Position numbers and translations under genes: made by a program. Source: Camelus dromedarius (taxonomy: Eukaryota). From it: a DNA stretch of 60,000 bases. Positions within the stretch are counted from its first letter, which is position 1. Each line of letters begins with the position of its first letter. The DNA is taken from contig NC_087436.1 in NCBI RefSeq assembly GCF_036321535.1, forward strand, positions 111,602,001-111,662,000, in the 5' to 3' direction. Below, in pieces: positions 52,403 to 60,000 of the stretch. The notes under the pieces were generated by a model. The model did no database searches. It saw only the letters and a list, made by a program, of their open reading frames with translations, and was not told the DNA's origin.

Positions 52403-53305
52403 TCAGAGTAGACCTTTCAATATTTCTTTTAGCATGGGTTTAGTGTTGCTAAACTCTTGTAGTTTTTTCTTGTCTGTGAAATTCTTTATGTCTCCTTCTA
52501 TCCTAAAGGTTAGCCTTGCTGGATAAAGTATCCTAGGCTGCATCTTTTTTTCATTCAGGACTTTGAATATATCTTGCCACTCCCTTCTGGCCTGTAGTGT
52601 TCGTGTAGAGAAATCAGCTGAGAGCCTTATGCGGGTTCCCTTGTAATACACTCTTTGCTTTTCTCTTGCTGCCTTTAGGATCATTTCTTTATCCTTGAAT
52701 CTGGCCATCTTGATTATGATATGTCTTGGTGTGGGTCTATTTGGGTTCTTCCTATTTGGGACCCTCTGAGCTTCCTGTACTTGGATATCTGATTCCTTCT
52801 TTAAGTTTGGTAAGTTTTCAGTCATGATTTCTTCCAATACCTTTTCAATCCCCTTTGATCTTTCTTCCCCTTCTGGGACCCCTATTATATGAAGATTGGC
52901 ATGCTTTATGTTGTCGCATAGGTCCCTTATGCTATTTTCATTTGTTTTTATTTGTTTATCTTGTAGCTGTTCTGATTGGGTGCTTTCTGTTGTCCTGTCT
53001 TCTAGGTCACTAATTCGTTCTTTTACATTATCTAGTCTGCTTTGCACAGCCTTTAGCTCATTTCTTATCTCAGCCAATGAGTTTACCAGTTCTACTTGGC
53101 TCTTCTTTATAGCATCCATTTCATTTTTTACATATTTTATATCTCTAAACACTATCTCTTTTAGTTCCTTCAGTACTTTGATCACTCCTTTTTTGAAATC
53201 TTGATCTAGTAGGCTATCGATGTCTATTTCATTGATCGTTCGTTCAGGGGATTTCTCTTGTTCTTTTAATTAGGAACGGTTTCTCTGCTTCTTCTTCTTG
53301 CTCAT
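52403..53305 (-). pseudogene. L1 ORF1p (RNA-binding), nonsense codon at codon 12
   Basis: ATG at 53305 reads MSKKKKQRNRS*, in frame with the 260-aa ORF carrying ERISDLED, IIGVPE, TPRHIIIK, ILKAAREK, ARREW and ILYPARL. Confidence 0.93.
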
Positions 53306-53647
53306 ACCTCTCTGACACTGTGGTTTATGGAGTATCAGTTATCTATTGTGGTCCTTACAGAGTTTATTTATTTATCTATCTAATGCCTATGTAGGAATAA
53401 CACTTAAAAATAAAAGAGACAGAGAGAAAGAGAATCTTAAAAGATGGGAGAAAAAATGATTTGAAAACAGTGTATAATGAATAATAGGAGAGCAAGTTGA
53501 AGCAGAATAGCAATTGGGTTGAGACGTCTTTTAAAAACCTTTAAAAAAGGAGAAAAGAGGGAAAAAGTGTATTTGAAACCTTGAATAATCAATAACAGGA
53601 CATCAAAACCAAGAGAAATAAAAATGAAATGATGTGGATTTTTTAAA

Positions 53648-53650
<3 letters not shown>

Positions 53651-53695
<45 letters not shown>
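53651..53695. repeat. (AAT)15 microsatellite inside the L1 5' UTR
   Basis: Directly visible. Confidence 0.97.
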
Positions 53696-53899
53696 TTTTA
53701 AAAATTTAAAAGGGATTAAAACTGGGAGTATATATAATTGTTTAAGAAGTAAAAATTAAAAGAGTAATAGAAAATAGAACAGGTGAAAACAGATTTAAAA
53801 AAACAAAAGAAAAAAGGGAGGGGTTGGTGTTCTCCTGGAGACTGTGTGCTCATATTGCAAAATCTTTCTGTCTTCGCCCTGTTTTGGAAGCTCAGCTTG

Positions 53900-55084
53900 C
53901 TGTTTCTAGAGGCCCTCCATTGGCGCCTTTGTCTATGCTGCTCCCAGTGCCTGTCTGCAAGTAGATCGTGCCCCTTCCCAACACTGGGTCAGGTGCAGTT
54001 CTCCTTTGCTGTGGGCGGGCGGGTCACTGCCCCTCCTGATGCTGCAGTCAGTTGTTGCAGACTGGCCAGGTAGGAGGACGGGGGCTCCCAGCACCGCGGT
54101 CAGGGGCTGCGGTTCCAGCAGGAAAGGCGGGGGGCTGCCCGCCCTATACCGGCACTGGTCACTCCGCAGCTCTGTGCAGCTGCGTGCTCCGTGGGCGGGC
54201 TTGGGGAAGGCCGAGAAACAGCCCTGTCCCTGCTCCGGGCCAGAACCCAGCTCCTTGTTTGTCTTGGCAGAGAAGTTCTCTGAGGGACCAGGACAGAAGG
54301 ATCCTATTTGCCTCGGGCTGTAGACAAGTCTCAGTCTGGCCTTTGAGGCTGCTAAGCCCTTAGGTGCTGATGCAGGTTTCGCCCCCGCCCCCGCCTGGAT
54401 GCTACCCGCTGGAGGATAGGGCGGCTGTTCCTGAGCCCCGCCTCTCTTCAACCGAAAATTTTCCACGGGTTTTCAGAGATGGGGGTATGCACCCTTCCCC
54501 CCAGGGCACATCAGCCGTGTTGTTTTATGGAGGGCCCAGGTTGTTCTGCCCTGTGCACCCACAGCCACGGCGCGCAGCCCCCTGCAGTCCCCCGGGGCTG
54601 CCGCAGTACAGCTGTCCCCCATCCTCCGCCCAGCTAGGGCAGCCTGGTCCTGCCCCCAGCTGCCAGCCCGGTCCTGCCGCCAGCTGCCAGCCGGCGTCTC
54701 GAGCTGGGTGTCGCAGCGACCCTCTGTGCAGGTTTAACTTCGTTCTGTCAGTCAAGCTCTGTACAGATCCAAGCCTCAGAGGCTCCCCCTCCGTCCCACT
54801 GGCCTCTCAGTTGGAGACGGGAGACCCAGCGAACGAATGCCAGTCCTCCTTTGCTGCTGCCTCCCTGCGGGACCCGTCCCGCACTGTTTTGCCTTTTCTT
54901 CTTTGGTTTTTCCTTTTCTACTACCAGATTTTTGGCGTCTCTGTCTTTTGAAGAGGACAATGTTCTGTCGGAGTTCTGCAGGTGCTCTGGTTGGCTGAGT
55001 GGGTCTGTGGATGTGAGTCTTGGTGTATTTGTAGGAAGGGGTGAGCTACAAGCGTCCTTCTACTCCGCCATCTTGGCCTCCTCC
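53900..55084 (-). promoter_or_regulatory. L1 internal promoter, CpG-rich 5' UTR with YY1 site
   Basis: Only CpG-rich region in the window; CCAAGATGGCGG (YY1 motif) at 55065-55076, next to the L1 5' end. Confidence 0.8.
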
Positions 55085-55589
55085 TAGCATTTATTTTTAT
55101 ATTAGTAAGAGACAGGAACAGACAAGGGGGTTTGTTCAAACATTTATAAAGCACTGGAACCCAGGCTGGCTTGAGGATTCTAAAACTCATCTCACTCTGC
55201 AGAATAGTCTGGCTGCCAAACCTTCTGGACAGTCCACACTCTGTGGCATTAAAAGCTGGAAATGTAACTACTTTTCACTTTTGATCTCTTACTTGAAATG
55301 ACTGGATGCTAAGTTAAATGCAGGGGAGTATGTGAAAGTAGTTTGCAAATTGTGTGCAGCCGTACAAACAAGGGGCTATTATCATCAATGTGCCCGAAGG
55401 TATGTTGGAGATCCGTGGTTCTGGGGACTCAAACTTCCTTCCTTGGAGCTCTGATTGTCTGGGGAGTGAGAAGGTAGCTTGAGTGGGGAGAACATGGTGC
55501 CCACCCACTCAACCTGAGAGGCTCCACTGCATCAGTCGTGTATACTGAGGACTCTGCTGCTCAAGGAGAAATTGAAAACCTCAGATTGA

Positions 55590-55690
55590 GTTCAACCTCT
55601 TCATTTTAAAGAGAAGGGAAGTGACTTGCCCAAGGTCGCTTAATGGCTTCTAATACTATGTCAGTGATGTCTCTGGACGCCACTGTATTC
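55590..55690 (-). mobile_element. MIR remnant
   Basis: agagaagggaagtgacttgcccaaggtc. Confidence 0.65.
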
Positions 55691-56544
55691 TCATGATAAA
55701 GCAGGAACATGAAACCTCTCATATAAAACAATGGCTGCCTCTGATCTGGCAAAAGATACCCACTCATAATGGCAACAATACTTACCCTCTTGTCCCTCTT
55801 CTCCCTGAGAATGGCAAATATAGAGGTTTGGTCCACAGCAATCCCAATCTCTAGTCCTCTTCTGAGACCTCAGACCTATACAGCACATGTCCTCAGGCAC
55901 CGGGCAATGGCCACCAGATGGATGCAGTGATCGTGCAGACCATGGTTCTCTTGTAACGTCCAGCTGTCCTGTGTCATGCCAGGTATGACCCTGGAGGGCC
56001 TGCTTCTATTTTATTAAAGAAGGTAGACTTTCTCAAGGTGTTATGAAGGAGCGATTATTTCTGATAGCCCTCATTTCTCAATCTTAAACTCTACTTAATA
56101 TGGGAAGACAATGTGAAGACAGGGTCAAGCAAAACTCTGGAAGGGGAGAAGGAAGAATGGCTAATTCTTTCACCACTAACAAAGTGTGTGCCAAGCCTCT
56201 ACTTGTGCAGGACACCGAGCTAAGTGCTTCACATAGGAAGTGCCCAAGAAAGAGCTGTTCATTCATGATATAATTTCTCACTTTGATTGTTCAGAGGATG
56301 AGAGCACTTTATAATTACATGAGGGCCTATAAATATATTTATGTTTTTTCTACATGCCGGTGGCAATCTTTATAAATTAGGAATGCTCACAGCTAAACTT
56401 CATAGTCAGTTGGTTGTACCTGCATGGCTGGATATATTCATAAAAGCTCGTGTAAAGTAGAATTGCAGATGTAATTTTGTACGTGACCAGATTTCTCTGG
56501 GTATAAATTTTGTTTCCAGTAAAATATGAAGTCTCTTGGCTTCA

Positions 56545-56750
56545 TGAAAATTTAGAGTCCCAGAAACTTGGAGATCATGCAAGACAACCCATTTATTTCA
56601 CAGATGAGGAAACTGAGAATGAGAAAGTATTTCTTCTTTACAACTTGCCCCAGTTATTTATTGGTAACTAGAGGAAACTCACAGATCCCCTGTGGCCATT
56701 TTGACCAGCCCTCTTTCTTATTCCCTCCAACTCCAGGAAATGCCCTTGAG
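56545..56750 (-). mobile_element. MIR remnant
   Basis: atttcacagatgaggaaactgag..acttgcccca. Confidence 0.7.
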
Positions 56751-56939
56751 TGGTACTATTATATAATATTAGTAATAATCATTAATGTGATTATGGCTAG
56801 GTCAGGTTCAAAGGCATTTTAATGAGCCCTAGTTGCACTTTGGAATAGTCTTTATTTTGATTGCGTTTCCTACCTGGAGCTAAAAGAATTGGAAGGACTG
56901 AGACTACTTCTTCCTGGGGGAAGCCTGGCCACCTCTCTT

Positions 56940-57342
56940 GATTTGTCTGTGGGCTGCAATAACAAAGTACACAAAATGGTGATTAAACCAAAATAAGTGC
57001 ATTATCTCACAGTTCTGGAGGCTAGAAGTCCAAAATCAAAATGCCAGACGGGTTGGCCCCTTCTGAGAAGAAGGAAGGGTCTGTTCCAGCCGTCTCTCTT
57101 TGGCTGGTAGGTGGCTGTCTTCTCCCTGTGTCTCTTCGCATTGTCTTCCCTCTATATTGTCTCTGTGTCCACATTTCCTCTTTTTGTAAGGAAAGCAGTC
57201 ATACTGGATTAGGAGCTCACTACTCCAGTGCCACCTTGCCTTGACTAATTACATCTCCAACGACCCTATTTCCAAATAAGGAACTGGGAGCTAGGACCTC
57301 AGCAAATAAATCTGTGGGGGGGGGCACAATTCAATTCACAAC
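56940..57342 (-). mobile_element. MaLR LTR (MLT1B-like)
   Basis: gggctgcaataacaaagtac..tctcacagttctggaggctagaagtccaaaatcaa..gaccctatttccaaataag..cacaattcaa. Confidence 0.88.
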
Positions 57343-57799
57343 GCCTTCCAGGCATCTGGGGAGGCAAGATGGTGGTAGCTGGAGCTTCTTCTTTCATGAG
57401 AAGAGGTGCTCTCATCTCTGAACCTCAACCAATACAAGTACTAAAGAGAATCAGTGGTTTAGGGAAAGAGGGCATTTTTCTCTGTCTCATCTAGGCTGGA
57501 GTTTTCTTGAGTCTGCACAGGCTGGTCCAGCTTCCAGAGCTAGCTGTCCTACTTAAGGCTTTGACATCAATGCCTCTCTTATAAATATGGATCCTTCTAG
57601 AACCCCAGAAGATGACAAGCAGCAGCTGAGGGATATCATCTGCTTTTCCAAGGCTTAATAACTGGCAGGCTCAACTATCCAGCCATGCAAATGATAGAAC
57701 TTAGAGATAATCATCCACTCACTCATTCATCCAAAGAATATTTATGTGCAGAGCTAAGATTCCTTGCAGGCCCAGTTGCAGATTAAGTCCACTGGATCC

Positions 57800-59530
57800 T
57801 TTTCCCTTACAATCTTGTTGCTCCATTCCCCTCTCTTTCTCCTCACTGTACTGTCCTAGTTTTGACTTTCGGTAATGATTGTCTTCATCCCTTTTGCCAG
57901 TCTTCCCCATTCTGATTCATCATGCAGACTGCCAAGAACAATCTTCCTAAACTTGACTCCTTTCAGTAACTCCCCATGTCCATGGGGATGGAGTGGAGAA
58001 CACACTCCGTAGGGGGGTATCCACAAATCTTCAGGATCTGATCTGTGCCCACCTCTCCAGCTGAACCCTTCATCACACTGTTCAGTAGCCTACATCTTAA
58101 CTACACTCATCAACGTGCTGTTCCCAACTCAACAGGTGAGTTCACACCTCCATTTCCCTGTTCACTGTGCAACCTCTAATGACAATTTCCATTTCCACCC
58201 ATTTGCATTTCAGGGTTCACTTTGAGTGCTGCTTCCTTCCTGAAGCCTTTCTTGACCTCCTCTCCTCAAGCAGATTTTACCTTTTCTTTCCTTTGTAGCG
58301 AATCACCAGGACTTGTAAAAATGTTTATTACTCCCCTTGTCAGTCTCCCCACTGACTCTAAGCTCTTTTTGTGCAGGGCCCATTTGTATTTCTCCCACTC
58401 AGCATAGACTTCAAACACAGTAGGCGAGTTAAATTCATTGAAGTGAAATGGATTGGATTGAATTGGCCGATATCATACTAGCCACAAAATTTAGACCTGT
58501 CAGAAGTACTCTTCTCCCTTCCTTCTCCACCCCTCCCCTCACTCAGTTCATTCTCCCCATGACCACTGGTGCTAGCTTCAAACACACAAAACCTGATTAT
58601 GGGACATGTATTCCCTTCCCCTATTGCAGTGGTTTTCAGTGTATTTAAAATGAAACCCAAACTCCATATGAGTTAAGGAGGTTCTTACCTAAGTTTCTGC
58701 CAGTCACGTAGCTGCACATCTGTGGCCAGACAGACTCCCAGAAGTCCTGCAGACAGCACAGATGCTAATGTGTACATAACCAGGTCCTCAGTCTGGTCCA
58801 CAGAACTCTCTATGAGTTGGCCCTTGTCACTTCAGCCACGTAATCTGGGCCACTCACTCCTCAGACTCTCACCACATTCCAGCTACCCTGGTCTTCTTCT
58901 GTCACTCACTCCAAACTCAATCCCATTTCTCAGCCTTTTGAATTTGGTGTTTCCTCCACTGGGAATGGCTTCCCTCCAGATTTCGGCATGAGAGACCCTA
59001 CTAATTCAGGTCTAATCACAAACATCACTTCTCAGAGAAGAATCTCTCAACAAATTCATCTCCAATCTGATCACACTGCATTGCTGTATTTTTTGATCCC
59101 GCTTATCACTATTTAGAGACATCTCATTTATTGATTTGTTCCCTTGCATACTGTCCTGTTTCTTCTATGCACAAGGATGTAACAATGATAGCTAATACCT
59201 ATGTAGTTCATATTACAGGCCGTGTGCTATTCTTAGTGCTTTTTTAAATTTACATAACATCTTTACAAGAACCAATGAGGAAAGAATTATTCTAGCCCCA
59301 CTTTAAAGTTGAAGAGACTGAGGCACAGAGAGGTTAAGTAATTTGTCCAGTGTCTCACAGTGAGTATATGAAGATTTGAACCCAGTTTGAACCCAAAGCC
59401 AGTTCTCTTAATCACTGTGCTATGCTGCCCTGTGTATAAGTGGATCATATGGATTTTGTTCGTTGAGATATCCTGCATGCGGAAAGTGTGCTTTATATCC
59501 CTATGCCCTAGAAAATGAATGAATGGTGAA
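57800..59530 (+). mobile_element. Fragmented L2 remnants
   Basis: ttcctgaagcctt..ctccccactgactctaagctc..gcagggcc; cactactt/ctcagagaag; ends aatgaatgaatgg. Confidence 0.55.
59184..59430 (-). mobile_element. Near full-length MIR inserted in L2
   Basis: gagactgaggcacagagaggttaagtaatttgtcca..gatttgaaccca..ctcttaatcactgtgctatgctg. Confidence 0.88.
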
Positions 59531-60000
59531 TACAATATTCAGTGTGCCGCCTCTCCTCTTCTCACTGGATATTGGTACTGCTTTTCACTGGCATGAATCA
59601 AGAAGCCGAGTCAAATGCTTTTTGGTATAAGTAAATGATCTTCATTCTAATTCTTTTGGCTACTCTGTTCTAGACACAAGTCTGCGATCCTCACCCCACT
59701 TCAAAACAACAACACAACAGAAACCTTTGTTTAAGCTATGGTGTTGGTGGAAAGGTTCACTGTGTTCCCGGGAAGACATAAAACTTCACTTGCTATGGTC
59801 CATAAAGTATCCAGAATAATTCTATGCATAGTCATTAAAGAACTCTATAAAAGGCACTGAATATTGAGACCACTCAAGCAATCTGATTGCTTAATTAAAT
59901 CTCTAGAAATGCTCAATATGTGCCAATTGAAACTGTATCACCCATAAAAAAGAGCTACGTGCCTCCTTTTTTTCCCTTTTCTTTTTAGTTTATAATAGCA

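Larger units (their letters stand above)
47851..55084 (-). mobile_element. Full-length (about 7.2 kb) inactivated LINE-1
   Basis: 5' end GGAGGAGGCCAAGATGGCGG, GC-rich 5' UTR, ORF1, spacer, ORF2 (EN, RT, Cys-rich), 3' UTR with AATAAA; TSD tagcattt at 47843-47850 and 55085-55092. Confidence 0.98.

Noticed and set aside
53900..55084. Host-gene CpG island promoter
   Set aside because: It lies entirely within the L1 5' UTR, bounded by the L1 TSD.
1..60000. Short ORFs (60-145 aa) in the ORF track outside L1s
   Set aside because: No recognisable domains, many non-ATG starts, mostly inside LTR/MIR/L2 fossils; lengths expected by chance.

Overview
Eukaryotic, mammalian non-coding DNA (intergenic or deep intronic). 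A tRNA-derived SINE resembling the camelid Vic-1 family and young L1s suggest a camelid genome (inference). I found no host protein-coding exon, RNA gene or CRISPR array. The window is dominated by transposable-element fossils. These include one full-length but inactivated L1 (47851-55084, minus strand, 8-bp TSD, YY1 site, ORF1 nonsense mutation, ORF2 frameshifts and an RT YAND mutation), three young 5'-truncated L1s with TSDs, older L1M/HAL1/L2/L3/MIR remnants, many MaLR/ERVL LTRs, an ERV1-type solo LTR and several DNA-transposon MITEs, often nested. Family names come from recalled consensus sequences, not a database search. Two signals stand out. First, two inverted young L1 copies about 27 kb apart share the same ORF2 frameshift and have 359-bp and 180-bp tracts of perfect identity next to diverged patches, which suggests gene conversion or trans-mobilisation of a defective source. 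Second, a TSD-flanked chimeric insert (L1 3' end + MLT1 LTR fragment + A-tail) looks like an ancient 3' transduction. I see no support for a wholly new gene system.
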